From positions 32,001 to 96,000 of the forward strand of contig JARVGK010000002.1 of assembly GCA_029762535.1 (NCBI GenBank): a stretch of 64,000 bases of DNA, given 5' to 3'. Source of the stretch: Thermoplasmatota archaeon. GTDB taxonomy: Archaea; Thermoplasmatota; Penumbrarchaeia; Penumbrarchaeales; Penumbrarchaeaceae. A program made the translations under genes and the position numbers. Positions 41,420-51,678 of the stretch are shown here, piece by piece (position 1 is the first letter of the stretch; every line of letters begins with the position of its first letter). The notes beneath the pieces were generated by a model, which was not told where the DNA came from, did not search any database, and was given only the letters and a program-made list of their open reading frames with translations.

Positions 41420-41890
41420 TTACAGTTCCATCCTCATCCGGACCATGTCCCTGCACTCGATCCCGTTCTCGAATATCCTCTCCTTGTAATGGATCCGGAA
41501 GTGGTCGGGTTCGACTCCGATGATCCTGAAACCGCATTTCTGATACAGGAGCATCTGGATGGCACCTGGATTCCCGGTCCCGATCTCTAACGTCTTGATC
41601 CCGTCATTTTTGGATCGTTCGATGGCCTGTAGGATCAGGGCCTTCCCGATCCCTCGGTTATGATGGTCCTCCTGGACCGAGACGTTGATGATCTCTCTTG
41701 TTAGAGGTCTGGTATCGATCATAATTATTACCCCGAGGATCCTATCTTTCTCTTTATGGACATAGCATATGCTCCTGTCGAGATAGCTATCGATCATCTC
41801 CTCCGAAGGGTCCGCCAGCATCAAGAGGTCTTTTGGTATTATGGATTTGTCGCACACTTCTTCGATCATTGGTATTACCTCGTTATTCAT
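41420..41890 (-). CDS. GNAT acetyltransferase
   Basis: LADPSEEM, RGIGKAL, LYQKCGF. Confidence 0.85.
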   Translation of the reverse strand: MNNEVIPMIEEVCDKSIIPKDLLMLADPSEEMIDSYLDRSICYVHKEKDRILGVIIMIDTRPLTREIINVSVQEDHHNRGIGKALILQAIERSKNDGIKTLEIGTGNPGAIQMLLYQKCGFRIIGVEPDHFRIHYKERIFENGIECRDMVRMRMEL

Positions 41891-41900
41891 CTATTCCGAA

Positions 41901-41931
41901 AAGAAGATTCGGTTTTGACCCGAATCTTCTT
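41901..41931. other. Perfect 12-bp inverted repeat
   Basis: AAGAAGATTCGG-N7-CCGAATCTTCTT between two GNAT genes. Confidence 0.5.
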
Positions 41932-41952
41932 GAGTTCGATTTACCCCCTTGT

Positions 41953-42717
41953 TCAAGACGTGAGATCCTCCACGAACGAGGAGAATTTCTTCTCCGTCAT
42001 CAGTTCATGGGTCTTGAACTCGCCTTGGTAGTATATACCCAGTGTTCCGAAAGGACTACCCAAGTTCTGGGCTTCCTCATGATCTTGGAGTTTGATGGCC
42101 TGATATGGGATTCCTCTGTTCTTCAGTGTGTCCGATAGGAGGTTGACGTAGTCTTCCATGAACGGGCACTGGTTGGAGTAGATGAAGGTGAACCCCTTCT
42201 TGTTGGAACAGGTGCCCGTTTTCGCGTTTTGGGTGAAACTGGGAGGTTCTCCCTTTTTTTTAAGGTTGAGGAACAACAGCTCGAAGTAAGGAGTGGCTTT
42301 GTCGACCGTTCTGAAGCCGTGTTCGAGGTAGAATTTTTTATCCGTCAGGAAGGGTCTGACCTTGTCGCTGGAGACGACGACGATCCCATCCATACCCTTT
42401 GATTTCGAGTCTTGGATGCAGTCGTTCAAGAGTTGTGTGGAGAGGCCTTTTCCCTTGAACTTTCCCGAGACCCAGAGGCAGTTGATGACCATCATTTTCT
42501 TACCAACGATAGGTTTCCAGACCTTTTCAATTGGCATGTATTCGATGAAGAACTTCCCCCTCTCGTCGAACCTTCTGAAGACCAATCCGTCGCTGAAGCG
42601 ATCTTTCATCCACACTTTTTTTGTTTGGGCCCTTCTCTGATTGTCCTTGTCGTTTCCGATGCAGCAGCAGATATGTTCCGTGTCTATGTTGGTATCGTCT
42701 ATCGATATGATCTCCAT
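41953..42717 (-). CDS. YoaP-like GNAT protein
   Basis: EHICC, FIEYMP, CLWVSG, YSNQCPF. Confidence 0.8.
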   Translation of the reverse strand: MEIISIDDTNIDTEHICCCIGNDKDNQRRAQTKKVWMKDRFSDGLVFRRFDERGKFFIEYMPIEKVWKPIVGKKMMVINCLWVSGKFKGKGLSTQLLNDCIQDSKSKGMDGIVVVSSDKVRPFLTDKKFYLEHGFRTVDKATPYFELLFLNLKKKGEPPSFTQNAKTGTCSNKKGFTFIYSNQCPFMEDYVNLLSDTLKNRGIPYQAIKLQDHEEAQNLGSPFGTLGIYYQGEFKTHELMTEKKFSSFVEDLTS

Positions 42718-43185
42718 TCATGATCCCTCCTTCAGGGTTTTTTCCACAAATCCTCTGGGAAGGGAGGTCATGGTCACGATGTCGTCAATTGACTTCCCCT
42801 GACCGGACAGTCTCCTGCAGACATCTTCCATGGATTCCCCGATCTCTATGATGTTTCGGTCAGGATCGTAGAACCTCATGACCCTCTGCTGCCAGGGCTG
42901 GGTCCTGATATCGTGGACGAAGTCCACATTGAGGGTTTCTAGTTCGGACCGGATCCGATCCAGATCGTCGTGTTCGAAGTATAGCTCGAAGTTGTTGCCT
43001 CCGGTCGTGACAGGGTGATCCTCGATGAGGCTGGCATAGTGTTCCTTCAGGTGGATGGCGAAATCCCCGTTAAAGACAACGTTCTGGCCGTAATCTTCCT
43101 TGATGGTTTGGCCGAGTACTTCCTGGTAGAACCTCTTGGACCTCTCCATATCCTCGACCACGATCAATGGACAGATGTATCTCAT
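42718..43185 (-). CDS. VOC/glyoxalase family
   Basis: SKRFYQEVLG, PWQQRVMRFYDPD. Confidence 0.85.
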   Translation of the reverse strand: MRYICPLIVVEDMERSKRFYQEVLGQTIKEDYGQNVVFNGDFAIHLKEHYASLIEDHPVTTGGNNFELYFEHDDLDRIRSELETLNVDFVHDIRTQPWQQRVMRFYDPDRNIIEIGESMEDVCRRLSGQGKSIDDIVTMTSLPRGFVEKTLKEGS

Positions 43186-43470
43186 CTACGATCCCCCCGT
43201 GAGCCTTTGGACTCTATCTTTTATGGACCGATCGTGTTGTTCGTCGGTGTAGATGGGATCCTTGAGGTCCCTCCAGAGGTCGCAGGGGATCTTTAGGCAC
43301 GATCCGCAGTTCTCAATTGATTTCTTGGTCACACAGTCATAGATGGGGCAGGCATCTGAGTTGACGTACTGTGCCCACCAGACCCTGCCTTTTATCTGGG
43401 AGCATCCCCGGCAGGAGGAATCTTTGTAGTGGGTGCAATCGGTGCCGCATACTGATATGGCATCTTCCAT
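43186..43470 (-). CDS. DUF3795 Cys-rich protein
   Basis: VCGTDC...CRGC...CPIYDC...CGSC..IPC. Confidence 0.7.
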   Translation of the reverse strand: MEDAISVCGTDCTHYKDSSCRGCSQIKGRVWWAQYVNSDACPIYDCVTKKSIENCGSCLKIPCDLWRDLKDPIYTDEQHDRSIKDRVQRLTGGS

Positions 43471-43637
43471 CTGTTCTATCCTCCACGGATGGTTAGTTAT
43501 TGATATCCTTCTATACTTCCTCAAGGGTCTTTCCATTTCCTATATTAACCTGATCCACGCCTTCTTCGATAATCTTCAGGATCTTTTCTGACAATCTCGT
43601 TTCTTTTGCCATAGACCATCCTCATGATGATATTGTT

Positions 43638-43904
43638 TTACTTGATACGATGAGGACATCCTGCCCAGCAGCAGGGTCGGCGCTTCCCTTCCAGGAGTTC
43701 TTCTTTCGTGCGCCGGATCCGCCGCGTCCTTGTCTGGGGTTTCTTCGCGTCCTCGATCCAGCAGATGAACTCGTTCCTTGCGATGGGAGTGAGGTCCTTC
43801 CATAGAGCGAGGACCTCCTCGGAGGAGGTCAGAGCGATCCGTAGATCCTCCGGCAGTTCGTGGGCGATCCCTGCGGGGATCTCATTTTCGGACATATATC
43901 TCAC
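43638..43904 (-). CDS. YdeI/OmpD-associated family
   Basis: LPEDL..AL...W..LTP...WI..AKKPQTR.RRI. Confidence 0.75.
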   Translation of the reverse strand: MRYMSENEIPAGIAHELPEDLRIALTSSEEVLALWKDLTPIARNEFICWIEDAKKPQTRTRRIRRTKEELLEGKRRPCCWAGCPHRIK

Positions 43905-44014
43905 CTATCATACTTCCAAGCACCATAGCTTATAGTGGATCATCAAAAAGTGGTAATAAGGACCATAGTTTTTTAAAAAAAGTAGCTTTTCATTGATACT
44001 TATTTCTTTATTTC

Positions 44015-44521
44015 TCATAATTTTTTTCGATAAACTTGATGGACCTGATCATGGAACAATGTTTCTTTTTCCAGTTTCAATCCATTCTTCTCAGATACTC
44101 GTATGGATCGTATGTTTTGTTTAAGGATTATGCTTATGATTGATTTGAGTTTCAGTTCATTTTTGGCATACTTAATACATCCTTCAGCTGCTTCGGTCCC
44201 ATATCCCTTACCCCAAAATTCGTCGGATATCCTGTAAGCGACCTCGATCTCGTCGATCTCATCGATGGTTTGTTTAAGCAATCCACATATCCCAAGAAAC
44301 CTATTATCATCCTTTAGAATAACTGCCCAAAAGGTGAATCCATCTTCATTTTGTCTTCTCTGAATCTCCTTGAGAAATTCCCGCGATTCTATCATGTTCA
44401 ATGTTTTTGGGAAGAACCTATGCACCTTTTCATTTGCCAATAATATCGCCAATTCTTCGAATCTGTCCTCTCCAAGCGTCTCGAGGATCAATCTATCGGT
44501 TTCAAATATTCTCAAGATCAT
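44015..44521 (-). CDS. RimJ/RimL GNAT acetyltransferase
   Basis: FETDRLIL, WGKGYGTEAA, N.RS.RV.EKNG. Confidence 0.85.
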   Translation of the reverse strand: MILRIFETDRLILETLGEDRFEELAILLANEKVHRFFPKTLNMIESREFLKEIQRRQNEDGFTFWAVILKDDNRFLGICGLLKQTIDEIDEIEVAYRISDEFWGKGYGTEAAEGCIKYAKNELKLKSIISIILKQNIRSIRVSEKNGLKLEKETLFHDQVHQVYRKKL

Positions 44522-44612
44522 CTCTCCGATAATGTAGATCGAGGTGTAATGAACGATCCGTACAGTCGAAAGTTGTGCACATGATTCCCGGCCGCTCTTG
44601 CTCTTCTTATTG

Positions 44613-45272
44613 CTACTTTGGTGGAGGATCTGAATAGTTAATTTTCCTGAACACATAGGCATATGCGGTCATGGTGTATGCCGGACCCTTCATTGTCTTT
44701 TCAATTGTTTCTTCATCTATCAGCTTCTTTCCCTTGGGGACGAAATAGGACTCAAGAGCAGTATCCGAATAGCCAAACCTATTCCCATTTCTCTTAACTA
44801 CACCGATGAACTCAAATCTTGTGTCCAGATATGCAAGCGGTGCATCACCATGGCTGTTGTTGGCCAGAAGGATCCCGCCCCTTCTCAAATAGTTCCCACA
44901 ATACCGCGAAATGGATCCTGCATAGAGGGATATGAGAAGATCGAACGAGTCTTTCTTCTCTGGAAAGCCTTCTGAAAAGTCCGCTTTGTAAAATCTGTAA
45001 GAAGCTGACCGTTCATATTCTTTATTTTTGTTTACGAATAACAATGTCTCGTCTGATCCGAAGAAGGGCTCGCATCTTTTGTCCATATCCACATAAGCCA
45101 TATACGGGATCACAAGTGAGGGCGTAATGTGCACGAAACTGCCGGGATACAACCCGGACTCGATGTTGAACATCTCGGCCAATAAACTGAAAAGTCCGAG
45201 CCTTTCATCCCCCTTGTCGACTAAGTATTTTTTGTAGAGTTCGGGATAAATGGAATTCATTTTGAGTTTCAT
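44613..45272 (-). CDS. Hypothetical, SAM-MTase-like
   Basis: LYPGSFVHITPS, SFDLLISLYAG, YLRRGGILLANNSHGDA. Confidence 0.55.
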   Translation of the reverse strand: MKLKMNSIYPELYKKYLVDKGDERLGLFSLLAEMFNIESGLYPGSFVHITPSLVIPYMAYVDMDKRCEPFFGSDETLLFVNKNKEYERSASYRFYKADFSEGFPEKKDSFDLLISLYAGSISRYCGNYLRRGGILLANNSHGDAPLAYLDTRFEFIGVVKRNGNRFGYSDTALESYFVPKGKKLIDEETIEKTMKGPAYTMTAYAYVFRKINYSDPPPK

Positions 45273-45294
45273 CTTTTACCCCCCCTAAAGGATG

Positions 45295-45345
45295 AATTTG
45301 GGTCGAACGAAGTGCAACGAGTGGACCACATGGCCGAGATGTAAT
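45295..45345 (-). mobile_element. Degenerate half attC-like site
   Basis: aatttgggtcgaacgaagtgcaacgag matches the 53922/54785 sites; ends GTAA instead of GTTA and lacks the other arm. Confidence 0.55.
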
Positions 45346-45439
45346 AGACACGATCGATGGCTGATATTATTCCCCGCCACACAGAAGGAATACACAGCAT
45401 AGCGCGAATGATGTGAACGATCAATTATCAGAGACATGT

Positions 45440-45802
45440 TCATTCTGACCAAACTGAGTCTTCATTATCGTCGGGCCGATTAATCTTAAAAACCAGTAGG
45501 CGAAATGGCAGATCCGATCTATTCCAGAGATTATGCACCTCTCTGGGAGAGCACACGAACGCGTCACCTGGTTTCGCAAGGTATTGAGCCTCGTCGATAA
45601 ATATGTGGCACTCTCCGGATAGGATGTAAAAGACCTCCGTCTGAATATTGTGATAGTGAGCACGCTGTTTGGTGTGGGGAGGGATCGTAACTTCCTGAAG
45701 CATGTGGCCACCCGGTGGTAGATCCATCGTATCGAACAGTACTCGCTTGGAGTAGTCTTTGCGAACATCTGGTGTGACCGAAGACAGAGAGCTTTGTTTC
45801 AT
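45440..45802 (-). CDS. Cupin domain protein
   Basis: HYH..QTEVFYILSG...PGD...P.EVH. Confidence 0.85.
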   Translation of the reverse strand: MKQSSLSSVTPDVRKDYSKRVLFDTMDLPPGGHMLQEVTIPPHTKQRAHYHNIQTEVFYILSGECHIFIDEAQYLAKPGDAFVCSPREVHNLWNRSDLPFRLLVFKINRPDDNEDSVWSE

Positions 45803-45842
45803 ATGGGATCCAACCTATTATCAATTGATCTTAGAATATTTC

Positions 45843-45936
45843 CATCAACGGCCGCGAGTATGCGGAGTCCTGGGCGCAGTGATGGATTTGGGTGAGGGGC
45901 GATCAGCGCCCCGAACTTTATACTCGCGAGTTAAAG
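45843..45936 (-). mobile_element. attC-like site
   Basis: CAACggcCGCGAGTAT...ATACTCGCGaGTTA. Confidence 0.7.
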
Positions 45937-46219
45937 GAAACGAACGTAGTTATCCCGCAGGATAACGTATTGAGAGCGGAGCATGGCACGGAGCGAAGCG
46001 AAGTGAGCTTTTCGTCTGCGAAGATCATACAGCTGACGTAGTTATTTCTTGCTCTATTTATCGTTCAGATCCTCCGTGAGGGGGTTCGATACACACTTTT
46101 GTGTCATGGTATTATGGATGTCGGAGAACTCAGATAAAGGAATTGGAGATGGCATCAAATTACCTGACGATGTGCATCAGGCGTAAGCAACGAAAAGTAT
46201 ATCTTCATGGCGTCCATGC

Positions 46220-46246
46220 GTAACACGAATTATAATATTGTGCCAC
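46220..46246 (+). promoter_or_regulatory. NikR-like operator around the TATA box
   Basis: GTAACAC-N13-GTGCCAC enclosing TTATAA, upstream of a metal ABC operon. Confidence 0.3.
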
Positions 46247-46252
46247 CTGGAG

Positions 46253-46873
46253 ATGACACACATGACGAACCTTGAGAAAATGCTCATTGAGGCGGGCCGG
46301 TTCCACGGCCACATCTGCCCAGGACTGGCCATCGGAGTGGTGGCTTCTTACATTGCTCTTCGTGACGCGCGGCGTTCCGATGACGAGGAATTGGTGGCCA
46401 TCGTGGAGAATGATGCTTGCGGTGTTGATGCCATTCAGCACCTCACCGGATGCACCTTCGGCAAGGGAAACCTTGTGTTTCGGGACCATGGCAAGTCCGT
46501 CTATACATTCCTGAACCGAGCCACAGGCAAGGCCCTGCGCCTTTCTCTCGACCATTCCGCGATCGAAAGCAGCTTGCACGATCGTGAATTGTTCGAAAGC
46601 GTCCGCAATGGAACCGCAACTCCAGGGGAGATAGATGCGTTTCATGTTCGCTGGGAGGAGCGCGCCAGGGAGGTCCTTTACCGTGCTGGATCACTTTTCA
46701 AGGTCGATCAGGTGGACATTGCCTTCCCTGAGAAGGCCCGGATACATGACAATATTACTTGTGATAAGTGCAAAGAGCAAGTAATGGCCACCCGGATCGT
46801 GGAGACGGAACAGGGGCGCAAATTCTGCATACCATGCTCCGAAGAGAAAAAAGAAAAGGAGTATGGAAAATGA
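46253..46873 (+). CDS. FmdE family protein with C-terminal Zn finger
   Basis: FHGHICPGLAIG, ENDACGVDAIQ..TGCTFGKGNL, CDKC..CIPC. Confidence 0.9.
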   Translation: MTHMTNLEKMLIEAGRFHGHICPGLAIGVVASYIALRDARRSDDEELVAIVENDACGVDAIQHLTGCTFGKGNLVFRDHGKSVYTFLNRATGKALRLSLDHSAIESSLHDRELFESVRNGTATPGEIDAFHVRWEERAREVLYRAGSLFKVDQVDIAFPEKARIHDNITCDKCKEQVMATRIVETEQGRKFCIPCSEEKKEKEYGK

Positions 46874-47964
46874 AAAGAGCAAATCCAAGCTTCGCCACGT
46901 TGGGGCTGCTGCTAACTGTGTCGATCCTCTCCGCAGGATGCTTGAACGTCGAAACGGAAAATGATGGCGAAATGAAGGAGATCACGGACCTGCTTGATCG
47001 AAAAGTTGACGTTCCTGTTGAAGTGGAGCGCGTTGTTGGGGTCGCTTCGGGGACGGTCAGAATGCTGACATACCTTGAAGCAACCGACATGATCGTGGGC
47101 GTGGAGGACGTTGAGACCACGCCTCCCATGACGCCCTACCAGTTCGCCCATCCGGACCTGAAGGACCTCCCCGTTATTGGACCACAGCACGGAGGCGATG
47201 CGGAACTCATAATGGTCCAGCAGCCAGATGTGATCTTCCACTCATGCTCGCAGTTCGAAACGGCCACCGGGGCGATGATGGACGATCTCCAGACGAAGAC
47301 AGGCATACCCGTCGTGGCCATAGACCTTGGTGATCTTGGAGAAAGGCGGGCAGTTTTCGATCGATCCCTGCGCCTCATAGGGGATATTCTGGGAAAAGGC
47401 GATAGGGCAGGGGCGGTCATCTCCTACATCGACAAAGTTCTTGAGGATCTTGAAGATCGGACCTTTGATATACCGGATGACATCAAACCTTCGGTCTACG
47501 TTGGTGGAGTTGCGCTTCGAGGCTCCCGGGACATTCTATCGACGCGGGCGGACTATCCTCCTTTCGAGTACACCAACGTGAACAACGTCGCCTCGTCGGT
47601 GGGCACCGGGCATATGTTCCTCGATAAGGAACAACTTTTGGCCTGGGATCCCGACATTCTGTTCGTCGACTCCATGAGTTACGACCTTGTTGTTGATAGA
47701 ATGACCAATGATACCGCCTATTCCCTGCTGTCGGCCGTTGTCGAAGGCGACATATACACCGTCATGCCATACAATTCATATAACAACAATTTCGCGACGG
47801 TGCTGGCCAACTGTTACTTCGTTGGGTCGGTAGTGTACCCGGATGGTTTTGCAGATGTGAACGTCACGGCCGAGGCAGATGAGATATACTCCGCCATGTT
47901 GGGAGCGCCCGTATATGAGCAGATGGCAAAGAAATACCATGGGTTTGAAAAGATCGACCTTTAA
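46870..47964 (+). CDS. Fe/B12-type ABC substrate-binding lipoprotein
   Basis: Lipobox SAGC, TDLLDRKV..P, E.I...QPDVI. Confidence 0.85.
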   Translation: MKRANPSFATLGLLLTVSILSAGCLNVETENDGEMKEITDLLDRKVDVPVEVERVVGVASGTVRMLTYLEATDMIVGVEDVETTPPMTPYQFAHPDLKDLPVIGPQHGGDAELIMVQQPDVIFHSCSQFETATGAMMDDLQTKTGIPVVAIDLGDLGERRAVFDRSLRLIGDILGKGDRAGAVISYIDKVLEDLEDRTFDIPDDIKPSVYVGGVALRGSRDILSTRADYPPFEYTNVNNVASSVGTGHMFLDKEQLLAWDPDILFVDSMSYDLVVDRMTNDTAYSLLSAVVEGDIYTVMPYNSYNNNFATVLANCYFVGSVVYPDGFADVNVTAEADEIYSAMLGAPVYEQMAKKYHGFEKIDL

Positions 47965-47991
47965 AATGACTGAAAACTCGGGAAGTTCCAT

Positions 47992-49071
47992 ATGACAGAC
48001 CATAACTCTTCACATAAGCCCCGAGACCCGATCGCACAGCACAGGAGGCAGAACCTCTTAAGGAGAATTTTGCTGCTGACAGGGGCCATCCTATTGGGGC
48101 TGGTGGCCATGTACGCCCTCACCCTGGGACCGTACCCGATGACCATGATCGATGTTTTCAATGCATTCATTGGTAATGGATCGGATGTCCATCGGACCGT
48201 GATATGGAACATCCGTATGACGCGCATCGCCACCGCCATATTCGCAGGCGCCGCCCTGGCCGTTTCCGGGATGGTAATGCAGAACGTCCTTCGCAACCCC
48301 CTGGCATCACCATCGACACTGGGGGTCTCCCACGCCGCGTCCTTCGGGGCCGCCTTCGGAATCGTTGTCCTCGGCGCGGGCACCACACAGGCCCACTCAG
48401 TGTACTTCGACCACCCCTATTTATTGGCTTTATGCGCATTCGCCGCGGCCATGATTTCCACCGGAGTCATAATCCTGCTAGCGCGGATCAGGGATGCATC
48501 ACCCGAGACCATGATCCTGGCCGGCGTGGCCATGGCATCCCTGTTCACCGCAGGAACCACCTCACTTCGGTACTTCGCCAGTGATGAGGTGCAGCTATCA
48601 TCCATCATATTCTGGACCTTTGGTGACCTGGGCCGGACCGATTGGACCTCTGTGTCCATCATTTCTGTGGGCACCGTAGCCACCCTCATCTACTTCTTCC
48701 TCAATCGCTGGCGATACAATGCGATCAACGGCGGAGAGGATGTAGCCCGCACCTTGGGGGTCAATACCAATCGAACCCGCATATTGGGTCTGCTTATCTC
48801 ATCCCTCCTGACCGCTCTGGTCGTCTCCTTCGTGGGCATTATCGGGTTCGTTGGTCTGGTTGTTCCTCACATCGTTCGGCGCGTGGTTGGAACAGACGCC
48901 CGCTTTCTCATCCCCGGGTGCTGTATCGCCGGTGCCCTCCTCCTTCTGGTATCCGACACCGTCGCCCGGACTATGCTCTCACCCGTCATCATGCCGGTTG
49001 GGATCCTCACCTCATTCCTCGGGGCTCCACTTTTCATCTATCTCATCATCAGGGGGCGGAAGCATTGGTAG
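47992..49071 (+). CDS. FecCD/BtuC ABC permease
   Basis: RNPLASPSTLG, GIIGFVGLVVPH, PVGILTS..GAP. Confidence 0.9.
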   Translation: MTDHNSSHKPRDPIAQHRRQNLLRRILLLTGAILLGLVAMYALTLGPYPMTMIDVFNAFIGNGSDVHRTVIWNIRMTRIATAIFAGAALAVSGMVMQNVLRNPLASPSTLGVSHAASFGAAFGIVVLGAGTTQAHSVYFDHPYLLALCAFAAAMISTGVIILLARIRDASPETMILAGVAMASLFTAGTTSLRYFASDEVQLSSIIFWTFGDLGRTDWTSVSIISVGTVATLIYFFLNRWRYNAINGGEDVARTLGVNTNRTRILGLLISSLLTALVVSFVGIIGFVGLVVPHIVRRVVGTDARFLIPGCCIAGALLLLVSDTVARTMLSPVIMPVGILTSFLGAPLFIYLIIRGRKHW

Positions 49072-49862
49072 ATCTCGTCACCCTCGATGATGTCTCGTTC
49101 GCTTACGGGAAGATACAAGCACTGAGTGATATCACTCTTTCCTTTCGGACAGGTTCACTGGTAGGCATGATCGGTCCCAATGGATCGGGAAAGACAACCC
49201 TCATAAGATGCGTTTGTAGGCTTGTCAGGCCCGAAAATGGAACCGTGACGATCAATGGCAGGGACCTCTCATCACTGAACAGTCTTGATCTGGCCCGCAT
49301 GGTGGGGTATGTGCCCCAGATGCAGGAGAAGGCCTTTCCAGTGCCTATATTCGAAGCTGTTCTTGCGGGGCGCATACCTCATCTGGGATGGGCTCCTTCG
49401 GACCATGATCTTGCCATAGTCAAAAACGTCCTGGAACTCATGGACCTGGAAGATATCTCCCAGAGGAACATCAACACACTCAGTGGGGGACAGATGCAGC
49501 GCGTACAAATCGCCCGCGCCCTGGCCCAGGAACCCCTGGTATTGTGCCTTGATGAGCCCACCAGCAATCTGGACATCAAGCATCAACTGGGGCTCATGCG
49601 CATGGTACGAGATCTGACCCGGAAAAGAAAGATGCTGGCCCTCATGGCCATCCACGACCTAAACCTGGCATCTCAGTACTGTGACCGATTGGTCCTCCTC
49701 CAGAACGGTGAGGTCTTTTCCTCGGGAACACCACAGGAGGTCCTGACCCGGAAGAACGTCAGGAACGCATTCAATATCAACGTGGCCATTCACACCCACG
49801 GCGATCTGATACACATCGTGCCCGTGGAGAACACTGATCTCAGGAGGCTTGAACATACCTGA
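49065..49862 (+). CDS. ABC ATPase (FecE/BtuD-like)
   Basis: GPNGSGKT, LSGGQ, LDEPT; probable TTG start. Confidence 0.9.
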   Translation: MVDLVTLDDVSFAYGKIQALSDITLSFRTGSLVGMIGPNGSGKTTLIRCVCRLVRPENGTVTINGRDLSSLNSLDLARMVGYVPQMQEKAFPVPIFEAVLAGRIPHLGWAPSDHDLAIVKNVLELMDLEDISQRNINTLSGGQMQRVQIARALAQEPLVLCLDEPTSNLDIKHQLGLMRMVRDLTRKRKMLALMAIHDLNLASQYCDRLVLLQNGEVFSSGTPQEVLTRKNVRNAFNINVAIHTHGDLIHIVPVENTDLRRLEHT

Positions 49863-49954
49863 ATCTTCTGGCAACCCGGTCCAAGGATGGAGTGGGTGCC
49901 ACCCTCGAAGATCCATGGCCGTGGGTTATCCGATCCGAACGGAGTGATCCATTA

Positions 49955-50048
49955 GGATAACGGGTGGGGACATGCGACGTTGCCGAAGGCAATGTCCCCC
50001 TGGGCGCAGCGGCCCGCAGGGGCGCGGAGGCGTGTCCGCAAGTTAGAC
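49955..50048 (-). mobile_element. attC-like site
   Basis: TAACgggtgGGGACATGC...GCGTGTCCgcaaGTTA, followed by the conserved cccgag block. Confidence 0.65.
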
Positions 50049-50161
50049 AACCCGAGAGAAGCGAGAGCGCAGTGTGGTCGTGCACCGCATCCGAAGGCGA
50101 GGAGCGCAGAAGTTTCTAATTCTCCTGAACCACAGGGCTTGGCGTAGTTTTCAATAACCGG

Positions 50162-51544
50162 TTATGTTTCGTGAGGGGGAGTCTCATCCACCACTAACTC
50201 ATACCAGACATTGTTCCCACCGCCCTTTTTCACAATCTTGCCTTCCCTGATAAGTTCATTCAGGTCACGGAGGGCGGTGCCTCTGTGAATAGAGAAATGA
50301 TATTCAATGTCTTCTGCCATTATTCTCTCTTTAGCTTCAATAAAGTCCATAATCCACTTCAATCGATTTCCTTTGCGTTTGTTCCGCATTTGTATCTGTT
50401 CTTTGTCCGTTCTGTGCCCGATTTCCTTCGGTTCAGCTTCGGATTTGCTTCGGATGTCACGATGGAAGACGGCACTGAAAAAAGAACCAATCTCAAAATC
50501 GATTCCGAGATCGTACTCTTTCATCGATTTTCTCATCCTTTTAATGCCGGAGCCAGCTTTTTCCACCAGACCAAGTCTGTGAACCATGTCAGTTAAGAGA
50601 GGGTTTCTCTGAGCACTCCGTTTCCCCAGGTCTTCTTCCGGAAACAACAGCTTTCCCGGGTTCACTATTTCCACCCGCTCGGGGCTGATGTGTACCTGGA
50701 TGTTCGAGGAATAGAGATAATCCCTGTGTATCATTGCGTTTATGATGGCCTCCCGCAGGGCATCTTTCGGAAGCTCCAGCTTCGCGGTATGTTTCAGGCC
50801 GTCGATGATTATGGCAGTGTTCAGCTTTGACAGAAGATAATTGTTGGCGTCGTTCAGATTGGTGGCGAAGTCTACAGAGAATTCCTTCGAGTCTATGATA
50901 TCGATCTGCTCTTTATCGGCATACAGGAAGCAGGCCACCGTCGCATTGGGGAAATGTGATTTTACGTCCTTGGAAAAGAACAGAACGCCGCAGTTGTTCA
51001 GCTTTCCATTGGTCAGCAGGTTCAGGTTGCTCAGAATATGCTCTTTCGACAGGTCGCCGTCCAGCCCTGCTTCCTTCCGGAATCTGGCAAACGCGTCTTC
51101 TGAGAAATCCCGGTCTTTGAAATCAATGGTGTTTCTCTCGAAGGAGATGAGGTTCTCCTTCTGGAACAGTTCCCTAATCTCGTCCCTGTTCAGCTACTGG
51201 GAATTGGCGCCGTACCTCAGATAGAAGTGGCCGTTCACGGTGTAGGGCTTGTCCTTCCCTTCCGAGACGTATATCACCACCATATCTCTAACCTGCTCGA
51301 TCCGGGCATTGAAGGCGGGGTTCATGTTCCTGGCGATGTCTTGGATCTTCGACCTGTCGGAATTGGTCAGCTTGTAGCCTTTTATATCACCGGTCCTATC
51401 CTCAACACCGATTATTATCTTACCGCCGGAGGAGTTGGCAAAAGCACAGATGTCCTTTTCGATGGTACTGCTCAGCGACTCCTTCAGCTCGATGGTGTAG
51501 CCCTCACCGGTTTTCACGACATCAACAAGTTCTTCGTAGTTCAT
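50162..51544 (-). pseudogene. AlbA_2 + HATPase_c_4 + wHTH gene with in-frame TAG at 51194-51196
   Basis: ORFs 51194-51544 and 50162-50938 form one frame (GANSQ*LNRDEI). Confidence 0.8.
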
Positions 51545-51678
51545 ATCTCAACCCCGAGTTGTTCTTCCATCATGATCTCGAACTGCCTTGAGATTAGCAA
51601 CCCCTTCTTCTTGCAATGCTCTTTGTATTTGTCGTATAGATCGGAATCCACGCTCAAAGTGACGTTTCTTGACGGCAT
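51541..51678 (-). CDS. 45-aa RHH/CopG-like leader protein, copy A
   Basis: Not in track: MPSRNVTLSVDSDLYDKYKEHCKKKGLLISRQFEIMMEEQLGVEI. Confidence 0.75.
   Translation of the reverse strand: MPSRNVTLSVDSDLYDKYKEHCKKKGLLISRQFEIMMEEQLGVEI

Noticed and set aside
22600-49900. Numerous antisense or overlapping ORFs in the track (e.g. 31875-32813, 23358-24158, 36426-37085)
   Set aside because: Shadow frames of well-supported genes
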